From the NCBI GenBank assembly GCA_035501555.1, contig DATJWA010000001.1, forward strand, positions 2,202 through 66,201: a stretch of DNA of 64,000 nucleotides, read 5' to 3'. A program made the translations under genes and the position numbers. The notes beneath the pieces are model-generated. The model worked only from the letters and a program-made list of their open reading frames with translations. It had not been told where the DNA came from and made no database searches. Below, piece after piece: positions 9,456 through 18,442 of this stretch (positions are counted from its first letter, which is position 1; the number at the start of each line of letters is the position of its first letter). The DNA is from Thermoplasmata archaeon. Lineage in GTDB: Archaea > Thermoplasmatota > Thermoplasmata > Lutacidiplasmatales > UBA184.

Positions 9456-9492
9456 CGCCCATAGACAGCCTCTCCGCCGGACCTGCGGAGGG

Positions 9493-10653
9493 ATGACCGA
9501 GGGTTCGAGCGCTCCGTTGTCGCCGCGGCGCCGTCTCCGCGGACCGGGCCGCTCCCGCAGGCTCCTGCTCGTGGTCGCCGCCGTCGTGGTGGTGATCGTC
9601 GCGGGGCTCGGCGTCTACGCGGTCGTGACCTCCGAGCCGGCGACCCTGGTGATCTACACCTACCCGAGCCTGCTCGGGGGGGCTGACTGCGGGGCGCCGG
9701 CCTGGTCGCAGGTCTTCGGCGCGTTCGAGAGCGCCCACCACGTGAAGATCGACGTCGAGTGCCCGGCGGGGACGCTCGCGAGCACCCTGCTCGCCCAGCA
9801 GAACGCACCCGGCGCCGACCTGGTCATCGGGCTGGACGAGCTGACCGGCCCGCAGGCCGACGCGAACCACCTTCTCATCCCGTATGCCCCACCGGAGCTC
9901 GCCAACGTCTCCCCGGCGCTCGTGCAGGAGCTCTCCCCCGACGATGCGGTCGTCCCGTACGAGTGGGGGTACCTCGGGATCGACTACAACTCGTCGTTCG
10001 CGAACCTGACCCACGGCGGGGTCGAGCAGGCCTCCTTCCCCGAGTTCGTCGCCAACGCCTCCTGGGCCCGCCAGCTCCTGGTCGAGGACCCCTCCCAGGA
10101 CATTACCGGGGAGGAGTTCCTCGTCTGGCAGATCGAGTACTACGAGCAGGTCCTGCACCGGACCGACTGGCAGGCGTTCTGGTCGGGGGTGTTGCCGAAC
10201 CTGCCCCCGCCGGCCCCCGACTGGGGCACCGCGTTCGGCGAGTTCACCAGCCCGAACGGGCCCCAGATGGTCGTGAGCTACACGACCGACCCCGCGTATG
10301 CGGCCGCGAACGGGGCGGCGGGCCAGTACAACTCGACCGTCTCCTGGTGGAACGGGACGGCCTACGGCTGGCGGACGATCTACGGGATCGGGATCGTCAG
10401 CGGGACCCGCCATCTGGCGCTGGACCAGCAGTTCGAGAACTGGTTCCTGAGCGGGACCGTCCAGGGGCTCCTGCCCGAGACGGAGTGGGAGTACCCGGCG
10501 AACTCGACCGTCCCCCTCCCGTCCGTCTTCTCCGCAGCGGTCGACCCGTCCACCATCGTCGCCCTGAACAACGGCACGACGCCGGCGGAGGTCGCTTCGA
10601 ACCTCCCGGGCTGGGTCACCGACTGGCTTGAGCTCGCGACCGGGGCCGGATGA
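9493..10653 (+). CDS. thiB: ABC transporter substrate-binding protein, thiamine-binding (TbpA/ThiB-like)
   Basis: N-terminal Arg-rich/TM anchor, then LVIYTYPSLL (as in TbpA LTVYTYDSF). Immediately downstream of the TPP riboswitch. Followed by ThiP-like permease and ATPase. Confidence 0.65.
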   Translation: MTEGSSAPLSPRRRLRGPGRSRRLLLVVAAVVVVIVAGLGVYAVVTSEPATLVIYTYPSLLGGADCGAPAWSQVFGAFESAHHVKIDVECPAGTLASTLLAQQNAPGADLVIGLDELTGPQADANHLLIPYAPPELANVSPALVQELSPDDAVVPYEWGYLGIDYNSSFANLTHGGVEQASFPEFVANASWARQLLVEDPSQDITGEEFLVWQIEYYEQVLHRTDWQAFWSGVLPNLPPPAPDWGTAFGEFTSPNGPQMVVSYTTDPAYAAANGAAGQYNSTVSWWNGTAYGWRTIYGIGIVSGTRHLALDQQFENWFLSGTVQGLLPETEWEYPANSTVPLPSVFSAAVDPSTIVALNNGTTPAEVASNLPGWVTDWLELATGAG

Positions 10654-12272
10654 AGCGGACCGCGGGGGAGTGGGCGCTCTTCGCGCCGATCCTCGCGTTC
10701 GTCGCGCTGTTCGCCCTCCTCCCGGTCGCCTTCCTCTTCGCCTCCTCGCTGTCGAGTGGGGGAGGGTGGGGGGGCCTCGGCGCCGTCCTCGCGAACCCGC
10801 TCGACCGGCAGGCGGTCTCGAACTCCCTTTTCCAGGGGGGACTCTCGGCCGCCCTGGCGGTGACCCTCGGCTACCCGGCCGGGGTCTTCGTGGGCCGCTA
10901 CCTCTGGCCGGGACGGTCGGTCGTCCGTTCGGTGCTCCTCGTCCCTTTCCTGCTCCCCAGCCTCGTGATCGTGCTGGGCGTAGAGGACCTCTTCGGGTCG
11001 GCCGGCCTTCTCACCGGCATCCTCCCCGGGCTCTCCTTCTTTGGACGGGGGATCCCGGGGATCGTACTGGTCAACCTCGTGTTCAACCTCCCGCTGGTCG
11101 TCCTTCTCACCGCGACCGGCTGCGAGGTCGCGTCGCGCGAGCTCGAGGAAACGGTCGCGACGCTCGGCGGCTCGCCGGCGCGAGCCTACCGGGACACGTG
11201 GGGACGGCCGACCTGGGTGGGGGCCGCCGCCGGCGGGTTCCTGACGTTCCTCTTCTCCGCGCTCTCCTTCGCCCCGCCGCTCCTCCTCTGCGGGACCCGC
11301 TGCTACACCGTGGAGGCCCGTATCTGGTCGCTCGACACGGTCCTGCTCGACCCGAACGGTGCCGGTTTGCTCGCGCTCGCGATGGTCCTCTTCTTCCTCG
11401 CGCCGACCCTCGCCTACCTCCTGCTCGCGCGCCGGCTCCGGCCCGCGGGAGGCCGGGGCGGCACGGGGACGACGCGCCGGCCCGGCCGCAGCCTGGGGGT
11501 CGTCCTGCTCGCGACCGAGACGGTCGCGGTCCTCGGCGGGGTCGCCTTGGTCCTCGGGGCGGTGCTCTACCGCACAGTCCAGCCCTACGGCCACCAGGGG
11601 GCGGGGGCAGCCTGGGGGACCCTCTTCGCCCCGAGCACAGCGGCCCGGCTGGGTATCGGGATCCCGGGGGCGCTTGGGAACACGATGGCGTTCGCGGTCG
11701 CGGCCGCCGGGATCGCGGTGCTGCTCGTCGTCCCGGCCGCCTTCTCCGCGCTCCGGGGAGCCCGCGCGGGTACCGGCCTGGGCCTCCTCCTGTTCGCGCC
11801 GCTGCTGGTCTCCCCCATCGTCTTGGCGTTCGCTCTCGCGACGTTCTGGCGGCCGCTCCTCGGTGGAGAGAGCGCGGTGTGGGCCCTCGTGATCGTGAGC
11901 CAGGCGATGCTCGCGCTGCCGTTCGCCCTGCAGACCCTGACGATCCCGCTCTCGGGGCTCGCGCCGGATGCGCGGGAGGCGGCCCAGACGCTCGGCGCCT
12001 CCCGGTTCCTCGCGTTCGTGGACGCGGACCTCCCCCGGGTCCGTCAAGGGCTGCTCACCGCGGGCCTCCTCTCGTTCGCCCTCGGCCTCGGCGAGTTCAC
12101 GGCGACGTTCTTCCTCGTCACCCCCCGGTACACCACGCTGCCCGTCGCCCTCTACGGTCTTGCGAACACGCGGCAGCTCCCGCTCTCGGACGCGGCCGCC
12201 GGCCTGCTGCTGCTGATCAGCCTCGGGGTGTTCCTCGCCCTCTCGTTCGGAGGCCGCCGTGTCGAGCTCTAA
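10650..12272 (+). CDS. thiP: ABC transporter permease, two fused transmembrane domains (ThiP/FbpB family)
   Basis: 540 aa, about 12 predicted TM helices in two repeats. Overlaps the SBP stop by 4 nt. Confidence 0.65.
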   Translation: MKRTAGEWALFAPILAFVALFALLPVAFLFASSLSSGGGWGGLGAVLANPLDRQAVSNSLFQGGLSAALAVTLGYPAGVFVGRYLWPGRSVVRSVLLVPFLLPSLVIVLGVEDLFGSAGLLTGILPGLSFFGRGIPGIVLVNLVFNLPLVVLLTATGCEVASRELEETVATLGGSPARAYRDTWGRPTWVGAAAGGFLTFLFSALSFAPPLLLCGTRCYTVEARIWSLDTVLLDPNGAGLLALAMVLFFLAPTLAYLLLARRLRPAGGRGGTGTTRRPGRSLGVVLLATETVAVLGGVALVLGAVLYRTVQPYGHQGAGAAWGTLFAPSTAARLGIGIPGALGNTMAFAVAAAGIAVLLVVPAAFSALRGARAGTGLGLLLFAPLLVSPIVLAFALATFWRPLLGGESAVWALVIVSQAMLALPFALQTLTIPLSGLAPDAREAAQTLGASRFLAFVDADLPRVRQGLLTAGLLSFALGLGEFTATFFLVTPRYTTLPVALYGLANTRQLPLSDAAAGLLLLISLGVFLALSFGGRRVEL

Positions 12273-13227
12273 GCCGCTCCTCTCGGTCGAAGGCCTCTCC
12301 GCGGCCTGGGAGAAGGAGCCGGTGCTCCGCTCGGTCTCCTTCGAGGTGGGGACGGGCGAGCTGGTCGTGCTCCTCGGCCCGAACGGGAGCGGGAAGACGA
12401 CCCTCCTTCGCTGCCTCGCCGGTCTCGAACCGCTCACCGCCGGCCGGGTCCGGCTTGCGGGAAGGGACCTCGCGGGGGTCCCTCCCCATCGGCGCGGGAT
12501 CGCCCTGATGTTCCAGGACCCGGCGCTCTTCCCGCACCGGACGGTCTTCGAGAACATCGCCTACGCCCCGCTCCTCCAGCGCCGGCCCCGCAGCGAGATC
12601 GACCAGGAGGTCGGCCAGCTCGTCACCCTCCTGCACCTCGACGGGTTGGAGGACCGGAGCCCCGAGACCCTCTCCGGGGGAGAACGGCAGAAGGTCGCCC
12701 TCGCGCGGACGCTGGCCGCCCGTCCGCGGGTGGTCCTCCTCGACGAACCGTTCGCGTCGATCGACGTCGAGGGGAAGGCCGAGCTGCGGGCCGAGTTCCG
12801 CCACGCGCTGCGAACCTCGCAGACAAGTGCGGTCCACGTCACCCACGACCGCGAGGAGGGGTTCTTCCTCGGCGACCGGGTCGGTCTCCTGTTCGACGGG
12901 GCCCTCGAGACCTGGGGTACCCCGTCCGCGGTCTTCGAGTCGCCGCGGACGGTCCGGGCCGCCCGCTTCCTCGGCTACAACGTGCTCTCCGGTCCCGACG
13001 GCCCGGTCGCGGTGCTCCCGGCCGAGCTCGCGTTGGACCCCTCGCCGTCGGCCCCACGCCTCTGGACGGTCGTGGCGGCAGGGACGGTCGGCCGCGAGGC
13101 GCTCGTCATCCTCCGCGGACCGGCCGACGAGCGCGTCGAGTGGCGCTCCGCCGAGCCGTTCGAGCCGCCCCCGATGGGGAGTCCGGTCGCGCTCACCTGG
13201 AGCCGGTCGCGGCCGCTGGCCCCGTAG
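12259..13227 (+). CDS. thiQ: ABC transporter ATP-binding protein (ThiQ/FbpC-like, with C-terminal TOBE-like extension)
   Basis: Walker A LLGPNGSGKTTLL, signature LSGGERQKVALARTLA, Walker B VVLLDEPFASID. Confidence 0.7.
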   Translation: MSSSKPLLSVEGLSAAWEKEPVLRSVSFEVGTGELVVLLGPNGSGKTTLLRCLAGLEPLTAGRVRLAGRDLAGVPPHRRGIALMFQDPALFPHRTVFENIAYAPLLQRRPRSEIDQEVGQLVTLLHLDGLEDRSPETLSGGERQKVALARTLAARPRVVLLDEPFASIDVEGKAELRAEFRHALRTSQTSAVHVTHDREEGFFLGDRVGLLFDGALETWGTPSAVFESPRTVRAARFLGYNVLSGPDGPVAVLPAELALDPSPSAPRLWTVVAAGTVGREALVILRGPADERVEWRSAEPFEPPPMGSPVALTWSRSRPLAP

Positions 13228-13271
13228 CGAACCCCCCAAATGCCCAAGTGGTCGAGCGCGCTGGTCCCCGC

Positions 13272-15956
13272 ATGACCCCCCCCGACCCTCTCCACGTCGC
13301 CGAGTCCGTCCCTCTCGGAACCAGCTCGGCCCGGATCTACCGGGTCGACCGCGTGCCCGGGGTCGACCCGGCGCAGTGGGCGCGTCGGCCCCGGACGATC
13401 CGGGTGATCCTCGAGAACGTCGTGCGCCACTTCGACCCCGCCCGGGCCGAGCTCGAGCCGCTCGTCGAGCTCGCGAACGGCGCCGCCGTCAGCGAGACCG
13501 CGGAGTTCCGCTACTTCCCCGAACGGATCCTGCTCCAGGACTTCACGGGGGTGCCGGTGATCGTCGACCTCGCGACGCTGCGCGGGGCGGCCGTCGCCCG
13601 CGGCCTTCCGCCCGAGCGCGTCAATCCGCTCGTGCCGGTGCACCTCATCGTCGACCACTCGGTCCAGGTCGACAGCTACGGCTCCCCCCGCTCGCTCCTC
13701 ATCAACCTCGACAAGGAGTACGAGCGGAACCACGAGCGGTACCGCTTCCTCCAGTGGGCGAAGACCGCCTACTCGAACTACCACATCGTGCCGCCGGGCA
13801 ACGGGATCTGTCACCAGGTGAACCTCGAGTACCTCTCGCAGGTCGTTGTCCTCCGCGGGCAGGGCGTCGAGGCCGTCGCCTTCCCGGACACCCTCCTCGG
13901 GACCGACTCGCACACGACGATGGTCAACGGCGTCTCCGTGCTCGGCTGGGGAGTCGGGGGCATCGAGGCGGAGGCGGTGATGCTGGGGGAGCCGTACACC
14001 CTTCCCCGACCGGTGGTCGTCGGCGTGGAGTTGAGCGGTACTCTCGCGGCGGGGGCGACCGCGACCGACCTCGTGTTGACCGTCACGCGACTCCTGCGGG
14101 AGACCGGGGTCGTCGACCAGTTCGTCGAGTTCTGCGGCCCGGGCGTGACCGCCCTCTCCGTCCCTGACCGCGCGACGATCTCGAACATGTGCCCGGAGTA
14201 CGGCGCGACGGCGGCGCTGTTCCCCATTGACGAGGCGACGATCGCCTACCTGCGCGCGACCGGCCGCGAGCCGGCGCACATCGATACGGTCGAGGCCTAC
14301 GCGCGGGCGACCGGCCTCTGGGGGTCCCCGCCGGTGGGGTCCATCGATTACGACCGCGTGGTCCGCCTCGACCTCGGGAGCGTCGTGCCCACGATCTCGG
14401 GGCCCCGGAACCCCGAGGAGAGCGTCGCGCTCTCCGACGCGCCGGCCTCGTTCGCGACCTCGCTCGCGGGCTACCGGAAGGGCCACCCCGGACCGGTCGG
14501 CGGGGTCGCGGCCGAGCGCGACCCCCCGGTCGACGATGGGTCCGTGGTGATCGCCGCGATCACGAGCTGCACCAACACGTCCAACCCGAGCGTGATGGTC
14601 GGGGCCGGGTTGATCGCGCGCAGCGCGCTGGCCGCCGGCCTGCGCGTCCCTCCGCACGTGAAGACCTCGCTGGCCCCTGGCTCGAAGGTCGTGACGGCCT
14701 ACCTCGAGAAGGCGGGCCTCATGCAGCCGCTCGCCGACCTCGGGTTCGCCCTCGTGGGGTACGGGTGCACGACCTGCATCGGCAACTCCGGGCCGCTCCC
14801 CCCGGCGGTCTCGCAGCAGGTCCAGGAGCGCGACCTGTACGTCGCGGCGGTCCTGAGCGGGAACCGCAACTTCGAGGCGCGGATCCAGAACCAGGTGCGC
14901 GCGAACTACCTCGCCTCCCCGATGCTGGTCGTCGCCTACGCGCTCGCCGGGCGGATGAACGTCAACCTCACCGAGGAGCCCCTCGGCCATCGCCCCGACG
15001 GCAGCCCGGTGTACCTTCGCGACCTCTGGCCCTCCGCCGAGGAGGTGCGACGTCTGGTCGAGGCGAGCCTCGCTCCCTCGATGTTCCAGGAGAAGTACGC
15101 CGCGATCGAGGTCGGCGACACGCACTGGGAGTCGCTTCACCCGCCCGTCGGGGCCCGGTACGCCTGGGCCCCGGAGTCGACGTACCTCGCCGAGGCGCCG
15201 TACCTCGAGCTCCCGCCTCCCTGGCTCCCCCGGAACGGGGAGCTGGTGCGCGGCGCTCGCGCGCTCCTGATCCTGGGGGACCGGGTCACCACGGATCACA
15301 TCTCTCCCGCGGGAGAGATCCCGGAGGACACTCCCGCCGGCCGGTATCTCGAGTCGCGAGGGGTCCCCCGGGCCGAGTTCAACACGTACGGCGCCCGCCG
15401 AGGCCACCACGAGGTCCTCGTGCGAGGCACCTTCGCCAACGTCCGGCTGAAGAACGACCTCGTCAAGCCGAAGGAGGGAGGGTTCACCCTCCACCTGCCC
15501 GAGGGGACGGAGATGACGGTCTTCGACGCCGCCCAGCGGTACCAGGCCGAGGGGACCCCGCTCCTCGTCTTCGCCGGGAAGAGCTACGGACAGGGAAGCT
15601 CCCGGGACTGGGCCGCGAAGGGCCCGCGGTTGCTCGGCGTCGGCGCGGTCGTCGCGGAGAGCTTCGAACGGATCCACCGGACCAACCTGATCGAGATGGG
15701 GGTCCTCCCGCTCTCCTACCGCCCGGGCGACTCGTGGGCGAAGTTCGGGCTCTCGGGCCGGGAGTCGTTCGACCTGCGACTACCGCCGGGACAGGAGCTC
15801 GGGCCCGGTGCCTCGGTCGAGCTCCGGGCGACCGACTCTTCCGGAGCGACCCGCACCTTCCTCCTCGACGTCCGCCTCCACAACGCGACCGAGGTCGATT
15901 ACTACCGTGCGGGGGGCGTACTCCCGTACGTCATGGAGCACCGGTTCGCGCGCTAG
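13272..15956 (+). CDS. acnA: aconitate hydratase A (aconitase)
   Basis: 894 aa. Fe-S ligand context VIAAITSCTNTSNP and CTTCIGNSG, swivel-domain motifs SRGVPRAEFNTYGARRGHHEV and GKSYGQGSSRDWAAKG. Start at ATG 13272 after the upstream gene. Confidence 0.85.
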   Translation: MTPPDPLHVAESVPLGTSSARIYRVDRVPGVDPAQWARRPRTIRVILENVVRHFDPARAELEPLVELANGAAVSETAEFRYFPERILLQDFTGVPVIVDLATLRGAAVARGLPPERVNPLVPVHLIVDHSVQVDSYGSPRSLLINLDKEYERNHERYRFLQWAKTAYSNYHIVPPGNGICHQVNLEYLSQVVVLRGQGVEAVAFPDTLLGTDSHTTMVNGVSVLGWGVGGIEAEAVMLGEPYTLPRPVVVGVELSGTLAAGATATDLVLTVTRLLRETGVVDQFVEFCGPGVTALSVPDRATISNMCPEYGATAALFPIDEATIAYLRATGREPAHIDTVEAYARATGLWGSPPVGSIDYDRVVRLDLGSVVPTISGPRNPEESVALSDAPASFATSLAGYRKGHPGPVGGVAAERDPPVDDGSVVIAAITSCTNTSNPSVMVGAGLIARSALAAGLRVPPHVKTSLAPGSKVVTAYLEKAGLMQPLADLGFALVGYGCTTCIGNSGPLPPAVSQQVQERDLYVAAVLSGNRNFEARIQNQVRANYLASPMLVVAYALAGRMNVNLTEEPLGHRPDGSPVYLRDLWPSAEEVRRLVEASLAPSMFQEKYAAIEVGDTHWESLHPPVGARYAWAPESTYLAEAPYLELPPPWLPRNGELVRGARALLILGDRVTTDHISPAGEIPEDTPAGRYLESRGVPRAEFNTYGARRGHHEVLVRGTFANVRLKNDLVKPKEGGFTLHLPEGTEMTVFDAAQRYQAEGTPLLVFAGKSYGQGSSRDWAAKGPRLLGVGAVVAESFERIHRTNLIEMGVLPLSYRPGDSWAKFGLSGRESFDLRLPPGQELGPGASVELRATDSSGATRTFLLDVRLHNATEVDYYRAGGVLPYVMEHRFAR

Positions 15957-16759
15957 ACCGTCGCCGGATCCGGTGAACGGGCCGCCAGCCCCTCCGCGGA
16001 CCAGACGGCGAGCGCCTCGACCCGGCGGTACGTCACGGTCCGGTCCCCGACCTCGGCCCTCGCCGCGTCAACCGCCCGCCGAAGCTCCTCGGGGGGGATG
16101 TGCATCGTGTGCCGGCTCGCCCCCCGGGCAAGCATGTCCAACCGCCGGGCGAGCGGCTCCGTCACCACCCGGTCGCTGACGACCGTCATCCGGTCGGGAG
16201 GGATCTGGGCCAGGACCGCCCGCTCGCGGACCGGGGGGCCTCCCATCGCGCTCCTCGGGAAGGGGTATCCGCGTTCCGCGAGGATCCGGTAGACGACCCG
16301 CCGGCCGGCCTCCCGCGCCGGTGAGGGCCGCGCCTCCTCCCCGGTGCCGGGGTGGACGAGGGCGAACGCACCGAGCCGCCCGACACGGGTCGCCTCCTTC
16401 AACGCCCGGGCGGGCTCGTTGAGGAGATGTAGGACGTGGACCAGGAGGCTCGCGTCCACCGACGCGGGGGCGAACGGCAGCCGGTAGGCGCTACCCCGCA
16501 CCAGCCGCACGAGACCCTTCGTGCGCGCATGAGCGAGCATGCCGCGGGAGGCGTCGACGCCTGTGACGTCGAACCCCGCCGTCTCGAGCGGGAGGGCGAC
16601 CCGGCCGGTTCCGACCCCCACCTCGAGCAGTCGGTGGACCCGCTGCTCTCGCAGCACCCGTCCCATCTCCTCCAGCGTCGGGGCGTCGATCGGGTCGCGC
16701 GTCGCGTCGTAGGCGGGGGCGATGGTGTCGAAGTCCCGGGGCACGGCGTCGAGCGGCAT
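15953..16759 (-). CDS. class I SAM-dependent methyltransferase
   Basis: LLEVGVGTGRVALPLETAGFDVTGVDASRGMLAHAR (motif I) and LLVHVLHLL (motif II-like). Confidence 0.6.
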   Translation of the reverse strand: MPLDAVPRDFDTIAPAYDATRDPIDAPTLEEMGRVLREQRVHRLLEVGVGTGRVALPLETAGFDVTGVDASRGMLAHARTKGLVRLVRGSAYRLPFAPASVDASLLVHVLHLLNEPARALKEATRVGRLGAFALVHPGTGEEARPSPAREAGRRVVYRILAERGYPFPRSAMGGPPVRERAVLAQIPPDRMTVVSDRVVTEPLARRLDMLARGASRHTMHIPPEELRRAVDAARAEVGDRTVTYRRVEALAVWSAEGLAARSPDPATV

Positions 16760-16825
16760 CGAGCGTCGGGGCTTACCCCAGGGTTGTATTTCTCCTCGCG
16801 GCCGGCGCGCTCGTCGGAGTCCGGT

Positions 16826-18349
16826 TTACCCCAGGGCGGCGGGCTTGCGCAGGGTGAGGACCGACTCACGGAGTCGGAAGCCGCGTCGCTGGCCCGAGCG
16901 GCGCGAGCGGGCGACCTCGAACGACTCAACCTCGAAGCCCGCTCCCGCGGCCAGGCGCGCGAAGAGGAGGTCCCCGGGGACGTACGTGCCGGCCATGAGC
17001 GAGTCGCCGTTGACGACCACGAACCGCGCCCCGGGGCGGAGAGCGCGATGCACGGCGGAGATCACGGGCACAAGATCGTCGAAGTACTTCGCCACGACCG
17101 CGGCCATGTCGTGCCGGCGGTAGGAGCCCTTCGAGCGGACGTTCCGCTCGATCGCCCGCACGATCGACGTGAGCCACCGGTCGGAACGGACGGCCGCGGA
17201 CGGTCGATGGTCGGCGGCGACGGAGCGGGGGATGTTGTCGCAGGCGACCATCGCCCCCCGGAGCTTCGCGAGCTCGTCGTACGACCGGACGAAGTCCATC
17301 CAGGCTAGGTCGATCTTGTAGTTCATCACGTAGTCCATGCCGTTGACGTACGGCGGGCTCGTGACCGACAGGTCGACCGAGTTCTCCTCTAGGACGACCG
17401 AGGCCGAGCTCTCCCCGTGGATCTCGGGCCGGGGCCCCCAGCTCGCCCGGTCGTTCTGGAGGGTCACGAGGTCCTCTCGGATCGCCTGCGTGCGCTCGCG
17501 GAAGAGCCGGTACGGCGTCTCCCCGTCGAGGCCGACCTTGGTCGTGTAGCCGAGGCACGGCGCCCGCTTCAGGTGGCTCGAGTCGATCAGGATGCTCGCG
17601 AACGCCAGCCGGAGGAGGGTGCCGGCGCCGCCGTCGGGCGTCGCCCAGACGCTCTCCTTGAGCCGGAGGAGGGAGCGGAGGACCGCCGGGTCGAACTGAC
17701 GACGCGTCTCGCGAAGGAACGGGGGCTGGAGCGTCCCGCGAGCCCGCCGACGCAGCACCCGCTCCGCCTGCTCCCAGAACTCGCGCGGGTCGACGTCCCA
17801 CTCGCCCTTCGCCCGGGCGACAAACGCGGCGATCGGCATCAGGTCGACGCCGACCCCGCGCGCGCCCAGCGCTCGCGCGGTGGTCGGCACGGTGCCGCTC
17901 CCGCAGAACGGGTCGAGCACAGTGGTCCCGGGGCCGACGCCGTACCGGCGGCAGATGCTCTCGACGAACCCGGCGGAGAAGCCCTGGACGTACGGCCACC
18001 AGCGATGCACCGGGCGCCGGTCGTTCCCACCGGACTGGATCTCGGTCGGGGCCCCGCCGACGCGGAGGCCGAACTCCCGCTCGAACTCGGCGACGTACCA
18101 GGCCGGGCCGCGGAACGAGGAGGGCGGAGGCCGGTCCGACTCGTAGCGGCTCAAGGCCCAGAGGCCCCGGCCGTGGCGAGCGATCGATCGAGCCGCAGCG
18201 AGGCGGTCGAGGCCCTGGTGGACCTGGTCGACGGGGAGACGGGTCGTCGCGACGAGCTGCTTTACGGTGACCCCCGTGAGTCCGGCTCGGGCGATCGCGG
18301 CCTCGAGCCGGTCGGTCGGTGCGTCGAACGTGCGCGACGGCCCGGTCAT
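16826..18349 (-). CDS. DNA methyltransferase (N6-adenine or N4-cytosine class) with N-terminal winged-helix domain; apparently orphan
   Basis: Motif I VLDPFCGSGTVPTTARALG, motif IV SPPY(VNGMDY). N-terminal wHTH-like VTVKQLVATTRLPVDQVHQGLDRLAAARSI. No restriction endonuclease candidate among the neighbours. Confidence 0.6.
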   Translation of the reverse strand: MTGPSRTFDAPTDRLEAAIARAGLTGVTVKQLVATTRLPVDQVHQGLDRLAAARSIARHGRGLWALSRYESDRPPPSSFRGPAWYVAEFEREFGLRVGGAPTEIQSGGNDRRPVHRWWPYVQGFSAGFVESICRRYGVGPGTTVLDPFCGSGTVPTTARALGARGVGVDLMPIAAFVARAKGEWDVDPREFWEQAERVLRRRARGTLQPPFLRETRRQFDPAVLRSLLRLKESVWATPDGGAGTLLRLAFASILIDSSHLKRAPCLGYTTKVGLDGETPYRLFRERTQAIREDLVTLQNDRASWGPRPEIHGESSASVVLEENSVDLSVTSPPYVNGMDYVMNYKIDLAWMDFVRSYDELAKLRGAMVACDNIPRSVAADHRPSAAVRSDRWLTSIVRAIERNVRSKGSYRRHDMAAVVAKYFDDLVPVISAVHRALRPGARFVVVNGDSLMAGTYVPGDLLFARLAAGAGFEVESFEVARSRRSGQRRGFRLRESVLTLRKPAALG

Positions 18350-18442
18350 CCGAGGGTCACCAGCATGCGGCGACTCTTAACCGCTCATCGGCTTCGGACG
18401 GCCCTCCGGGCGCGGGGAAGAGGTTCGACCAGGAGACGGCGT

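Noticed and set aside
10380-12557. 725-aa minus-strand ORF antisense to the ABC permease. Likewise 12975..15677 (900 aa) antisense to acnA, 17417..21559 (1380 aa) antisense to the MTase and NHL genes, and 26555..27940 and 26587..29055 antisense to the ACAD/CoA-transferase genes.
   Set aside because: Their translations are Arg/Gly/Pro/Ala/Asp-rich low-complexity strings with no motifs. Each lies opposite a gene with clear family signatures. Long stop-free antisense frames are expected at about 70% GC.
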